Assembly (NCBI GenBank): GCA_965217895.1
Contig: CBDCJV010000002.1
Location: 1,024,001 to 1,088,000 of the forward strand
Source of the DNA: Waterburya sp.
Lineage (GTDB): Bacteria; Cyanobacteriota; Cyanobacteriia; Cyanobacteriales; Xenococcaceae
Direction: 5' to 3'
DNA: 64,000 nucleotides
Shown here: positions 21,157 through 31,776 of the stretch, one piece after another
Numbering within the stretch: the first letter of the stretch is position 1
Layout: each line of letters opens with the position of its first letter
The notes under the pieces: generated by a model
The model's input: only the letters and a program-made list of their open reading frames with translations
What the model was told of the DNA's origin: nothing
Database searches by the model: none
Translations under genes and position numbers: made by a program

Positions 21157-21840
21157 TTAAGGCTCTCGTAAAACATAACCAATCCCTCTAACCGTTTGGA
21201 TCAATCTTTTATGGTTTTGGCTTTCTATTTTAAGTCGTAAATAACGAATATACACTTCGATGACGTTAGATTCGCCACGATAATTGTATCCCCAAACGTT
21301 TTCAATTATTTCTTCTCTGGTCATCACCTGTTGAGGATTAGACATTAAGTATTTGAGCAGTTCAAACTCTTTCATGGTTAAATCGATGAGCCGATCGCTT
21401 CTAACTACCTGACGAGTACTCAAATCTAAGACTAATTCTCCAAACCTCAACTGTTGGGAGCTACTAACTTCTGGCTGGAGATAAAGATTAATTTGCTCTA
21501 ACAGCTTGTCCCGTTGATAGGGTTTGAGCAAGTAATCATCTGCCCCAGCCTCCAAACAAGCTACTCTTTCGGCAACTGTTTCTTGTTCGACTAACATCAA
21601 GACAGGTATTCGCTCTTGAGCATTTCTCAATTGACGACACAAATCAAGTCCTAGTTGTCCTGTAAAAACCTGGTCAAAGATGACCATAGCTGGTTTGTAC
21701 TGACTTAGCCTTGACCATCCTTTGGTAACTTTTTCGACAACGACAGAATAACCAACAGCTTGAATATCCTGACTAGCTGCGTGAGCAAAAGTACTGTCGG
21801 TAAGTAGGAGAACTAACGATGGATCTGTATTAGCGATCAT
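21157..21840 (-). CDS. nblR: OmpR-family response regulator NblR
   Basis: Atypical receiver domain plus winged helix (LTMKEFELLKYLM, ESNVIEVYIRYLRLK); located between nadK and DUF192 as typical in cyanobacteria. Confidence 0.8.
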   Translation of the reverse strand: MIANTDPSLVLLLTDSTFAHAASQDIQAVGYSVVVEKVTKGWSRLSQYKPAMVIFDQVFTGQLGLDLCRQLRNAQERIPVLMLVEQETVAERVACLEAGADDYLLKPYQRDKLLEQINLYLQPEVSSSQQLRFGELVLDLSTRQVVRSDRLIDLTMKEFELLKYLMSNPQQVMTREEIIENVWGYNYRGESNVIEVYIRYLRLKIESQNHKRLIQTVRGIGYVLREP

Positions 21841-21925
21841 AAGTTTACCATTCTAGGTTGAGAGAATCATCGGTAATCATTCAACAGCTAGCAATAAATA
21901 TATTTTTGTCGCTGTTTGTTTAAGT

Positions 21926-22849
21926 TTAAGGAAGCTCAACCGAAGTTGGTTTGGCAATATGCGGCAGTCCCCAACCTAGCTTTTCTCTTAGGACACGGAA
22001 AAACTCAGGGGATTGGAGACGGATAAAACGAGCAGGATAGACTGATTTTTTGATTTGAATATGATCGTCAGGCAAAATATAGCATCCACCGTTGCCATCT
22101 ACCACCATTACCATGCGATTAGCAGTGGCGGGAAATATTTTAACAGGTTCGCGATCGCTAAATACCAATGCTCTAGAAGCCAGGGAATGAGGGCAAATTG
22201 GCGCAAGCTGCAATACAGGAACTTCAGGAGTGACTACAGGCCCTCCTGCACTTAAGGAATAGGCGGTAGAGCCTGTAGGAGTAGAAATTATAATGCCGTC
22301 TGCTGCTACATCTACTGGCGCGTGTTCACCAATTTGGATTTCAAAATGACACATACTAGTAAGTGGTTCTCGATGCAAAACCATCTCGTTAAGGCTCAAT
22401 GCTTCCCATAATAAAGCCTGATTGCGAAATACTCTGACCGCGAGCATAGAACGCTCCTCTATCTTGTAGTCTTGAGCTAAAAGCTTTTCTATGGCTTCGT
22501 CTAAATGACTAAGGAAGGTTTCGGTCAGAAAACCCATGTGACCTGTATTTACAGTTAGCAAAGGTATTCCACAGGGGGCGAGTTGCCTACAGGCAGACAA
22601 GACTGTGCCATCTCCACCTAAGACCACGGCAAATTTGACATCTCGATCAAAGTTGGATGGGGTCAATTGTTCAATTTTGGTATGACAGACTGGGCTTCCT
22701 GGAGTTGAATATTCCAGAATACCTCCTACTCCTGTGGTCATACGCACATCCCAGCCAGCAGCAGTGAGTTTTTCTTCTATTTCCGAGGCAATTTTGCAAG
22801 CTACTGGCTTGATATCGTTATAAACAACGCCGGCTTTTGGCTTTGGCAC
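21926..22849 (-). CDS. nadK: NAD(+) kinase
   Basis: [35 protein letters not shown]. Confidence 0.95.
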   Translation of the reverse strand: MPKPKAGVVYNDIKPVACKIASEIEEKLTAAGWDVRMTTGVGGILEYSTPGSPVCHTKIEQLTPSNFDRDVKFAVVLGGDGTVLSACRQLAPCGIPLLTVNTGHMGFLTETFLSHLDEAIEKLLAQDYKIEERSMLAVRVFRNQALLWEALSLNEMVLHREPLTSMCHFEIQIGEHAPVDVAADGIIISTPTGSTAYSLSAGGPVVTPEVPVLQLAPICPHSLASRALVFSDREPVKIFPATANRMVMVVDGNGGCYILPDDHIQIKKSVYPARFIRLQSPEFFRVLREKLGWGLPHIAKPTSVELP

Positions 22850-23237
22850 AACTAACTATCCTGTGTAATAATCTGGTCGCAATTAAACAAAGCTATGGGC
22901 TAAAAATTAATGGTCAATAGCAAATTTACAATCACCATAATCTGAAATTTAGATAACTTTTTAACAAAGCTTTTAGCTATTAGCTAAACGGGTCTAAGCC
23001 CCCTTTTCTATCTCGAAGAGATAAAAAGTCGCACAACGCGAAGCGTTGAGTCGCGTCTGCGACGCTCTGGGCGGGAATCGCCCTGCATTAAAAGTAGTTC
23101 GGGCGGTCAACTCTTAAATTACTATTATCTAGCCTATCGTGGAGCAGCTAAAAATCATAGTCTAGTTTGCTGATTTTAAAAAGATATTTAGACAGATATT
23201 TAGACAGTAAGCAAGCAGTCTTATTTTTTACCGAAAA

Positions 23238-23478
23238 TTAAGCGTTGCTGAATGTGTAATGCTAAAACATTATTTACTCTAGCCGTTTGCAAACAAGAAC
23301 TTCTCAAATGCTAATAGCTTAAAGCTTAAAGTTACGGACAGTGTTCTTTTATGTGTCATTACTGTCTTGAACGAGTTGCTCATTGAGGGAAAGCCAAGGC
23401 GCGTTTTGAGTGAGAAGTTTCCCACTCAAAAGCCGCCGTCCCAAGACCGCACTCGTTCGCTAAATCAGCAACGCCTAA
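23238..23478. mobile_element. MITE with nested small palindromic repeats
   Basis: TIRs ttaagcgttgctgaat and aatcagcaacgcctaa (14/16 match); nested hairpins 23369-23458. Confidence 0.7.
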
Positions 23479-23855
23479 AATAGTATCCGATTAAGCGATC
23501 GCCATTTTTTTTGCCTGATGAGATAGCTTGCCAGCCTTGTTGTTTGAGTCTTACTAGCTCTTAGATTTTGGTTAATCCTGATTATGTGTCACTGTCGATA
23601 AACCAGGATCTAATTTCATTACTTCTCTTATTTTATAACTGGCAACTTGAGTTAGATATAAATAAATTAAATTTTTACCTAGAATTAAGATTTTGTTTGT
23701 AAAATTAAGCTAATTGAGTATTGTGTCAAATATAAAGGTGTCATACTACGAAACTTTGGCGATATTTAAGAGCTTTATTATCGTTTCACTAAACTAACTT
23801 GGCAGTATGACACTTTTGAAACATTAACATTAGTAAAGTTAGGAAATTATCTCAG

Positions 23856-25109
23856 ATGGCAAACACGGAACATTTGGCATTAATCAAAGAAGATGTATCA
23901 GTATGGAATAACTGGTATAAGAAAAATAAAAAGGTAGTTCCGGACTTATCTAATGCCAATCTTAGTAATATTAACTTGAGCGGTATCAACCTTCACAAGG
24001 CAGATTTAAGATCTGCCAATCTTAGTAATACAGATCTGAGTAAGGCTCAACTAGACAATGCTAACTTGGAAGGAGCAAATCTTTTAAAAGCAAATTTACA
24101 AGATGCTAATTTAAAAGGGGCAAGTCTTGACTTTGTAATTTTTTCTCAAGCTAAAATAAATTCTAAAACGATAATTGCCGATAAAAACCGTTGTGTTTAC
24201 AATATTATCAACAATACAGCAGAGAATAAAAACTTTACAGGTGCTGATTTAAGCAATTCTAATTTATTTCGTGCTGATTTAAACAATGCCGATCTTAGCA
24301 ATGCCAAATTAGTTAACGCTAATTTAAATAGTGCAAATCTTAGTAATGCTTATCTTTATCGAGCAGATTTGACTAAAGCCAATTTGCAAAATGCAGACTT
24401 AAAAAATGCTTATTTAAGTCAAGCCAATTTAACTAATGCCAATCTAGCTAAAGCATCATGTAATGGCACATATTTAAAAGATGCAGAGCTAAAGTTTGCT
24501 AATTTAAAGACAACCAAACTTAGTCACAAAACTATGATCGATTCCAAATGGTACTCAGTTTGGGAAATAGTGAATCGGGGTGCAGTTGGCAAGAATTTGA
24601 GCGGTATGGATTTTAGTCAGGCAAATCTGCAAGGAGTCAACTTCGAGAAAGCTAATTTAAGCAACGCTAAGTTAACTGAGGCGATTTTAAGTCATAGCAA
24701 CTTAACCGATGCTAATCTGACTAATACCGATCTTACAGGGGCAGATATTCGTAACGTTGACCTAGATAAGACTAATCTGCAAAAGACAAAATCAAAGTCA
24801 GCAGTTGGTAGTCATGATAATCATTTACCTGCTACTAAAAGTTTCGATCAGTCTAATGTAATGATTAAGGAAAAACCTATAGCTGAAACCAGAACTCTAA
24901 ATCGGTCTACAGCTACGTCTAAGACAACTGAACAAGTTTTAACTAAAAACAATCAGAAACAAAGCAAAAATAGAAGCATCATCAGTATATTGTCATTAGG
25001 AATTATTGTTACTTTTGGGGCTGCCAGCTACTTATTTTTACAGCAAAGCCCCAATTTTTCTGGTCAATCTTGGCAACAAAAGCTAGAACAATTAATTCCA
25101 GCAAAATAA
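23856..25109 (+). CDS. Pentapeptide repeat protein with C-terminal TM
   Basis: Long A(D/N)Lxx repeat tracts; MANTEHL...WN.W start. Confidence 0.92.
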   Translation: MANTEHLALIKEDVSVWNNWYKKNKKVVPDLSNANLSNINLSGINLHKADLRSANLSNTDLSKAQLDNANLEGANLLKANLQDANLKGASLDFVIFSQAKINSKTIIADKNRCVYNIINNTAENKNFTGADLSNSNLFRADLNNADLSNAKLVNANLNSANLSNAYLYRADLTKANLQNADLKNAYLSQANLTNANLAKASCNGTYLKDAELKFANLKTTKLSHKTMIDSKWYSVWEIVNRGAVGKNLSGMDFSQANLQGVNFEKANLSNAKLTEAILSHSNLTDANLTNTDLTGADIRNVDLDKTNLQKTKSKSAVGSHDNHLPATKSFDQSNVMIKEKPIAETRTLNRSTATSKTTEQVLTKNNQKQSKNRSIISILSLGIIVTFGAASYLFLQQSPNFSGQSWQQKLEQLIPAK

Positions 25110-25238
25110 GTTGCCAATTTTGGACATGAGATTAATAGTAATAAATCAATAGTAAGACTGTTGGCGAGTCCAAGCTTTTGAACTACCGGCACAAATTACT
25201 ATATAGAAAAATATTAAATTAGTTCTCGCCTATAGAAA

Positions 25239-25880
25239 TTAGCGAGGAAACTTCAAGCCAACATAGCCCATAATGCTATCTCTGCCAGGATTAGCTCCAA
25301 ATAAGTCTGCATGGGAAATATGATACCAGCGCAACCCTAACATCAGCCTTCTTTCATGCTTGAGCTTAAAACTTATCCCGCCTCCAGCTTGGGGGGTAAA
25401 GTTAAAGCTCGCTCCTTTACTGGGAACATCGCTAGTTGTACCCAGGACTCCCGCACCCCCATCAACATAAAGCGACCAATTGGGTTTACGAATAAAGTGC
25501 CATCGCATCAAAAGGGCTAGATTAAGTCCAAGAGCATCGTTATCTGATTGATTGAAATAAATAGTGTTTAACTCTAGATTGATGCTATGACCATTAAATA
25601 AAAATTTAGATATTCCTGCACCAACTAAGGCAAAGCGAGCAGGATCGGGTTCTTTATTATCCAAGGTAGTTGCTACTGCACCCTGAATATACCAGTATTT
25701 TTGTCCTTTAGTACCAAAAGTAACAGGGGAATCAGCTTGAAGCTGTTTAATTGGAGTCGAATCTGCCTGGGGCGATTGCAAAATTAACAACAGCACCGAT
25801 AATAGAAGCACTGTGCCATGATAGATGTTGTTTTTATTCCTTGGAACTGCGGTTTTATGCTTCAAAATTAATGATGGCAT
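25239..25880 (-). CDS. Outer-membrane beta-barrel, PagL/acyloxyacyl hydrolase family
   Basis: FNFTPQAGGG...RWYHISHA...NPGRD motif. Confidence 0.78.
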   Translation of the reverse strand: MPSLILKHKTAVPRNKNNIYHGTVLLLSVLLLILQSPQADSTPIKQLQADSPVTFGTKGQKYWYIQGAVATTLDNKEPDPARFALVGAGISKFLFNGHSINLELNTIYFNQSDNDALGLNLALLMRWHFIRKPNWSLYVDGGAGVLGTTSDVPSKGASFNFTPQAGGGISFKLKHERRLMLGLRWYHISHADLFGANPGRDSIMGYVGLKFPR

Positions 25881-25928
25881 TAGATAACTTTTTAAATCAC
25901 AGTTTATATTAGCTTTTTTTGATGATAA

Positions 25929-27683
25929 ATGTCTTTTGAAAAGTATCGAAAAATTTTTGCTCCGTCTCCAGTAATTTTATTAGTAATTATATTATTACTA
26001 GGATTTTTTTTTCGCTTTACTAATTTAGAAAGTAAAGTATTTTGGGTAGATGAGGTTTCTACTGCAGTTAGAGCTTCTGGCTACACTATTCCAGAGGTTA
26101 CTAATGATTTAATACAGCAGGAAATCGTCGATCGCGAGGCTTTGTTTTCTTATCAGAGATTAAGTCCTGATAAAACTTTTAGAGATAGTTTTAATGCTTT
26201 GACTAAAAGCCCAGAACACGCTCCGCTTTATTTTTTATTAATTAGAGTATGGATGCAGCTATGGGGAGATTCAATATCTATTATACGGAGTTTTTCCGCT
26301 TGCATAAGCTTATTAGTTTTTCCCAGCTTGTATTGGCTATGTCAGGAATTGTTTAACAGACGGTTAGTTAGCTGGTTAGCTGTCATGTTGATGAGCGTTT
26401 CACCTTTTTATGTGGCTTATGCTCAAGAAGCCCGCCCCTATAGCTTGTGGACGGTGGCTATATTATTAATGAGTGCGAGTTTTTTAAGGGCAATTAAATT
26501 TAACAATAAGCAGTCTTGGATACTATACAGCTTTAGTTTGATAATAGGTTTTTATACTTCCCTATTTTCTTTATATGTAGCTTTTTTCCAAGGTATTTAT
26601 TTATTGCTTACATTATCTAAAAAGCGTTTAAAGGTATGCAAAAACTATCTATTGTTTTCTATTGTTTCTCTCATAGCTTTCATTCCTTGGATAATAGTAA
26701 TTATTAATAATATAAATTTATTACATAAGAATACTAGCTGGATGAGAGGCAATTTTAATCTACCTGATATTATTGCTGTCTATTTTGGTACAAATTTATT
26801 AATATTTGGCGATTTACCCATATCCCAAAACTCTAATTCGATCCACACAGCCATAGCCTTAATTACAATTACTATTTCTAGTTTAGCTGCAATAAAAGTA
26901 TCTTCAAGCTGGAAAAAAAAGCTGGCTAAATTTGCCTTATGGTTAACTGTTATTGGCAGTATATTACTATTATCTAACTACATATATTTAGATTGGACAA
27001 CTATAATTGGTGCATTAGTTGCCTTATGTATCTTTAGTTTATCTATTTATTCTATATATTATTTGATAGTAAATACCAAACGAGATCGCTGGCTTTTTAT
27101 TATTACTTTGATGCTTTCTCTACCAGTGCCGTTACTGCTAACCGATATTATTAATCAAGGGCAAAGTTCAACTGCACCCAGATATTTAATTCCCTTACAG
27201 TTGGGAATTTTAATTGCAGTGGCATATACATTAAGCAGTAAAATTATAGCTATTCAAAGACAAAATTTTTGGCAGTTTGTGATTGTATTTTTTTTAACAT
27301 TAGGCGTTTTTTCTTGCGTACGTAACTTAAACCTGTCACCATTTTATCAGAAGGGAAGAAATATTAATAATCCTGCGATCGCCAAAATAATTAATCAAAA
27401 CAATTCAGCTTTGTTAATTGCAGAATATAATAGTACTATGGATTCTTTTTCTTTAGCCTATTCCTTATCTCCACAGGTAAAGTATAAAGTAATTAGTCAG
27501 GGAGAAAACTTAGATAAATACACGAACAACTTTGAAAATGTATATGTCTTAAAGCCATCTCTACAGTTAAAACAAAAATTAAAATATAATAGGCAAATTA
27601 ATTTAAACCAGGTATATAAAGCTCATGTATTTAGTGCTGATGAATTTCCTTTAGATCTTTGGAAGGTTAATTCTACGAGATAA
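25929..27683 (+). CDS. GT-C (family 39/PMT-like) membrane glycosyltransferase
   Basis: FWVDEV, EHAPLYF, YAQEARPYSLW, PRYLIP; many TMs. Confidence 0.85.
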   Translation: MSFEKYRKIFAPSPVILLVIILLLGFFFRFTNLESKVFWVDEVSTAVRASGYTIPEVTNDLIQQEIVDREALFSYQRLSPDKTFRDSFNALTKSPEHAPLYFLLIRVWMQLWGDSISIIRSFSACISLLVFPSLYWLCQELFNRRLVSWLAVMLMSVSPFYVAYAQEARPYSLWTVAILLMSASFLRAIKFNNKQSWILYSFSLIIGFYTSLFSLYVAFFQGIYLLLTLSKKRLKVCKNYLLFSIVSLIAFIPWIIVIINNINLLHKNTSWMRGNFNLPDIIAVYFGTNLLIFGDLPISQNSNSIHTAIALITITISSLAAIKVSSSWKKKLAKFALWLTVIGSILLLSNYIYLDWTTIIGALVALCIFSLSIYSIYYLIVNTKRDRWLFIITLMLSLPVPLLLTDIINQGQSSTAPRYLIPLQLGILIAVAYTLSSKIIAIQRQNFWQFVIVFFLTLGVFSCVRNLNLSPFYQKGRNINNPAIAKIINQNNSALLIAEYNSTMDSFSLAYSLSPQVKYKVISQGENLDKYTNNFENVYVLKPSLQLKQKLKYNRQINLNQVYKAHVFSADEFPLDLWKVNSTR

Positions 27684-27806
27684 AAGTTTTTGGGCTGACA
27701 GAAATTTCCGCGCCCAATCTAGTTATATCAACCCCTCTCTGTCAACTCCCCAATTCTCTTATTTTTCAACGCCTCGATACTTTAATCTCACTTTTTTGCC
27801 AGTCAA

Positions 27807-29132
27807 TTAGGGTAAATATTTAGCATATTTTTGATAAACATTTATTCCTGGTATATCTGCTTCAAATTCTTGCGGTATTTGATATTGTTCTGATGTATAT
27901 TCTTGACGTACCATAGCAATATTTTTGTAAGTTTTCTCCCACCTTTTTAGCAGTTCAACTAATTGCTCAAACTGAATATACGATTTTCCATGTCGATTCA
28001 TTAGACCTAATATTTGTAAAACTCGTGCATAAGCTTTAGCAGTGTTTTCTGCTTCAGAAATACCAAGAATAGGAGCAAGTTTTTCAAAAGCCTCGTAATG
28101 TTCTAAAACTGAAGAAATTAGATCTTGAGGGGACAACAGTTCTTTTGCCTGAAGACTTTCTACTACGTCAGATACTTTTTTTAAGATAGAAAAATCTTGT
28201 AATTCATATTTTTTGAATAGAGCTAAAAGTTTTAAACCTAAACTATACTGACTCAAAACATTAATTTCTTTAACATAAGCATCAATTGCTTCTTTTCCTT
28301 CTTCGGTATTAATCAAAGGCAAAACTTCTGCTTGTTTCTTTTTAACTTGTTCCGCAAAAGCTTCTTTATCAATGTCTTCTACTAAATTGTCAGCAACGTA
28401 ATTATAAAATTCTTGTTGCTTGCGACTACGATATCGTAATTCTGTTGATTCTAGCTTTAAAAAACTTTTTTGAGCAATAATCGCTGCTTTTAATAGTTCA
28501 ACGCTGCTATTAAGCTCTGGATAACCTTCAGTTTCTTTGACAACATTAATATTAAACATAATTAATTGTTTAAACTCTTCATTACCAAATTTTTCATCAT
28601 TAATTTTTTCGGCATTATTACCAATAACAGTAATTTCTTTAAAGGCGCGATTGTGCAATATAACTGAACCTCCAGGAACTTTTGGCTTACCAAATTTTTC
28701 TTCTATATTACTTTTAAATACTCCTCCCAATCCTTTGACAAAAGGAATGCTTATTAGTATGACTAAAAGAGTTGCTGGTAAACCAATCGTCAGCATTTTA
28801 AACGCTAAAGACTGTGGTAATTTAGATGATTCATCCCTAGATAAATTTCCAGAATTATCTTTTTGCTGTAAGTCCTGAAGTTTATTAAAGTTTTCAAGTT
28901 TTTCCTGTCTCTTTTGTAAGGCATCAACCATCTCATCTTCCGTTTGAGGAGAATTTTCATTAGTTGAAGTTGCTGGTTTTTGTGCCAACTCTACCGTATT
29001 TTTGGCACTTTGTACCGAAGATAAAAGCTTGAGCTTATTATTAGAAGTTAAGGCATCAGCATTAGGAATTTCCATAGTGCTTAAACCTAAAATTGAAACG
29101 GCAACCAAGCTGATATTTTGCAAATTCCCCAT
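27807..29132 (-). CDS. Hypothetical membrane-anchored protein
   Basis: 441-aa ORF with signal-like N-terminus, one TM and a helical C-terminal domain; function not recognised. Confidence 0.7.
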   Translation of the reverse strand: MGNLQNISLVAVSILGLSTMEIPNADALTSNNKLKLLSSVQSAKNTVELAQKPATSTNENSPQTEDEMVDALQKRQEKLENFNKLQDLQQKDNSGNLSRDESSKLPQSLAFKMLTIGLPATLLVILISIPFVKGLGGVFKSNIEEKFGKPKVPGGSVILHNRAFKEITVIGNNAEKINDEKFGNEEFKQLIMFNINVVKETEGYPELNSSVELLKAAIIAQKSFLKLESTELRYRSRKQQEFYNYVADNLVEDIDKEAFAEQVKKKQAEVLPLINTEEGKEAIDAYVKEINVLSQYSLGLKLLALFKKYELQDFSILKKVSDVVESLQAKELLSPQDLISSVLEHYEAFEKLAPILGISEAENTAKAYARVLQILGLMNRHGKSYIQFEQLVELLKRWEKTYKNIAMVRQEYTSEQYQIPQEFEADIPGINVYQKYAKYLP

Positions 29133-29204
29133 AATAATTTATCTAAAAACTTAAAAACTACAGTCTCAAGTTATTGTTCCCATTTACCATTAGGGATTTA
29201 CTGT

Positions 29205-31670
29205 TTATTCTTCAGTTTCTAATATTGTGTTGGTTAGATTGGCGTTGTCTAACTGGGTATTGTTGAGATTGGTATTAAATAAATTAGCACCAATTAGCTT
29301 GGCGTTGGTTAAGTTGGCGTTGCTTAAATCGGCTGCAATTAATTTGGCATTAGTTAAGTTTGTCCCTGCTAAGTTGGCGTAGCTTAAGTCTGCTTCGATT
29401 AGATTGACGTTAACTAAACTGAGGTGAGATAAATCTGCCTTATGTAAATTGGCATAGCGAAAATTAGTTCTACCCAAAGCGTATCCCTGGATTAAATTGG
29501 AGCGATCGCTTATTCTTAATTCTCTTTGAGGTAAACTTTTTACAGTGAAGGTTATTTTGTTTTCGCTCTTAATTAATTGCCATAACTCTTGATAAAGAGC
29601 ATAATCGCCGATACCGCTAATATTTACCCAGGCTCTAGTACGAGTCAAGGCGACAAATAACTGGTTACGTAGAAATATATTACCTTCATCTTGAGCAATC
29701 CGATCCAAGCCAATCAAATAAACAAAATCCGCTTCTTGTCCTTTTGCACGGTAGATAGTAGAAATAGTAACTGCCCCTGAATGCCAAAATTGATTTGCAT
29801 TACGTTGTTCGGCGGGAGTATTTAAACAGTTAACTGTGCTTTGGGTAGGTAGATAAATATTTATTCCCTGGTTAATTAAAAAGATTGCAGTTTGTTTTAC
29901 CAAGGAAGAAAGATCATAAGAATTACCCAAAACTATAATTAGAATTTCTCGATCTGGCTGTAAATTATCTTGAGTTATATTGTGTTTAATTTTAGAAGCT
30001 AAGGTAGTTAATTCTTGTTGGCGAGAAGAAAAGCTATCAAAGCCAATCATTTCTCCTTGCCATAGCTCATTAATAATATTAGGTGAATTATGTCTTTGCA
30101 GAGTAATGGTGTTTCCTAATTGCCAATTACCAGTTAGCCGATATCCTAATGCTTGCCATTCCTCAGTACAGCTAGAGCCTGTTAGTATACCTTTATTTCT
30201 TAATAATCCCATAGCGATCGCATGAGCGATAATTATGATCTGTTGGGGTGTACGATAACAGCGGGAGATTATTTCCGTTTTACTTATTTGCTGATTATAT
30301 TGCCCCGTCACTAAATGCCCTAATTTCTCACCAAACAATTCTACGGGTTCAGGAATATTCAGACTATCCAAGCTTTGTAGTTCATCATAAGCCCAAATCA
30401 GTCGTCGTTGCTGAGGAGAAATTGGATTGACGGGACGCAAAGATTGATAGGCTAACCAGTAAAAAGGTTGTTTATTTTGATATTTCCAATTGTTAATAAT
30501 TAAATCTTGTCCTTCGTCTATTAAAACCGCATCAAATAGCTGAGGAATTGTTTTATTTTCTAGTAACTGTACACAAGCTTCTGCCAATGCCTCATTCGGT
30601 TTTTTACTACTAGTGAAAGGCACAGCTAGAGGTAAAGTACCCGTAGCTTTACAGACGGTGCTATAAAAACCAGGCTGTTGTTTACTTCCCCAGGCATGAA
30701 ATATTTTTAAATTAGATTTTTCTGGATTATAGCTTAATTGCTCTTGTGTAAAATGCCGTATCCATTTATTGACCTGTTGAGTAATAGACTCATATAAACT
30801 TCGCGAAAAAAAGACTAAGGCAATCTGCCATTCTGGATATTTGACGGTCATCAAAGCTGCTTTTTGACAGAGTAAAATAGTCTTTCCCGAACCAGCAATT
30901 CCTCTAATTCTTTGCATTCCTGGCGGAATTTGTTTAGCAATCTTTTCCTGTTGCAAATCTAACTGATTTAGACGCGATCGCACCTGTTGCAAAATTTGCC
31001 TACGGCTATAGGGTGAACAAGACAAACGCTCACACGCTGGGGTATAAATAGGAGTGCCACCCAAAACTGCTAACAGTAATTCCCATTGAGTAGAGGTTAA
31101 ACTATCGCCTGCAATAACAGGATTTGTATTGCTAATTAGTTCTATAATTAATTGTGATGAGGCAAGATGTTCTGAAAATAATATTGGAGGAGAATAAGGT
31201 AGTTTATTAAAACCTTTCTCTTGCCATTGCATTTTAGTAATATAGGGTAAGGCGACAATTGCTCTAGCAGTAACTTTCTGCCTTAATAAAGGTTCGCGAT
31301 CGCTATACTCTAACAAAGCAAGTAATTGATTTTCTGCCTGTTGATATGGATTGCCAAATTTAGTATAAAAATCTTTATATTCCCAGCGATGTCCTTGAAT
31401 ATTAACGAACTGTTCAATCCTAACTGCTTTAACTTCAATTACAATTAATCCTAGTTTATAATCAGCAATCAAAATATCAGGTTCTTTGCGAAACTTGCCA
31501 GCCCGAGAGAAAATGGGATAACGCCAATATGCAATACAAATACGGGATTCAAAGGCTCTTTTAACGCTATCCCAAACTAGTCTCTCCCCTACTTCTCCTT
31601 TATTTTCTAATGCTTCTGTTTGAATAAACTTATTTAGATTATTCATTTGAAAATATATTGCTAAAATCAA
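29205..31670 (-). CDS. NERD-like nuclease / superfamily I helicase / pentapeptide repeat fusion
   Basis: EPDILIAD...VIEVK (PD-(D/E)XK); Walker A GIAGSGKT; Walker B VLIDEGQD; AKGQEAD; FVALTR; C-terminal pentapeptides. Confidence 0.85.
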   Translation of the reverse strand: MILAIYFQMNNLNKFIQTEALENKGEVGERLVWDSVKRAFESRICIAYWRYPIFSRAGKFRKEPDILIADYKLGLIVIEVKAVRIEQFVNIQGHRWEYKDFYTKFGNPYQQAENQLLALLEYSDREPLLRQKVTARAIVALPYITKMQWQEKGFNKLPYSPPILFSEHLASSQLIIELISNTNPVIAGDSLTSTQWELLLAVLGGTPIYTPACERLSCSPYSRRQILQQVRSRLNQLDLQQEKIAKQIPPGMQRIRGIAGSGKTILLCQKAALMTVKYPEWQIALVFFSRSLYESITQQVNKWIRHFTQEQLSYNPEKSNLKIFHAWGSKQQPGFYSTVCKATGTLPLAVPFTSSKKPNEALAEACVQLLENKTIPQLFDAVLIDEGQDLIINNWKYQNKQPFYWLAYQSLRPVNPISPQQRRLIWAYDELQSLDSLNIPEPVELFGEKLGHLVTGQYNQQISKTEIISRCYRTPQQIIIIAHAIAMGLLRNKGILTGSSCTEEWQALGYRLTGNWQLGNTITLQRHNSPNIINELWQGEMIGFDSFSSRQQELTTLASKIKHNITQDNLQPDREILIIVLGNSYDLSSLVKQTAIFLINQGINIYLPTQSTVNCLNTPAEQRNANQFWHSGAVTISTIYRAKGQEADFVYLIGLDRIAQDEGNIFLRNQLFVALTRTRAWVNISGIGDYALYQELWQLIKSENKITFTVKSLPQRELRISDRSNLIQGYALGRTNFRYANLHKADLSHLSLVNVNLIEADLSYANLAGTNLTNAKLIAADLSNANLTNAKLIGANLFNTNLNNTQLDNANLTNTILETEE

Positions 31671-31776
31671 TTTTCAACAAAATTAGAAATATAAAAATAT
31701 TTGAAATAGACTACGCTTTAACAATATATTAACTTTTATTGTCATATAGTAAACGAAAGCTGCATTAGAAGAATTA

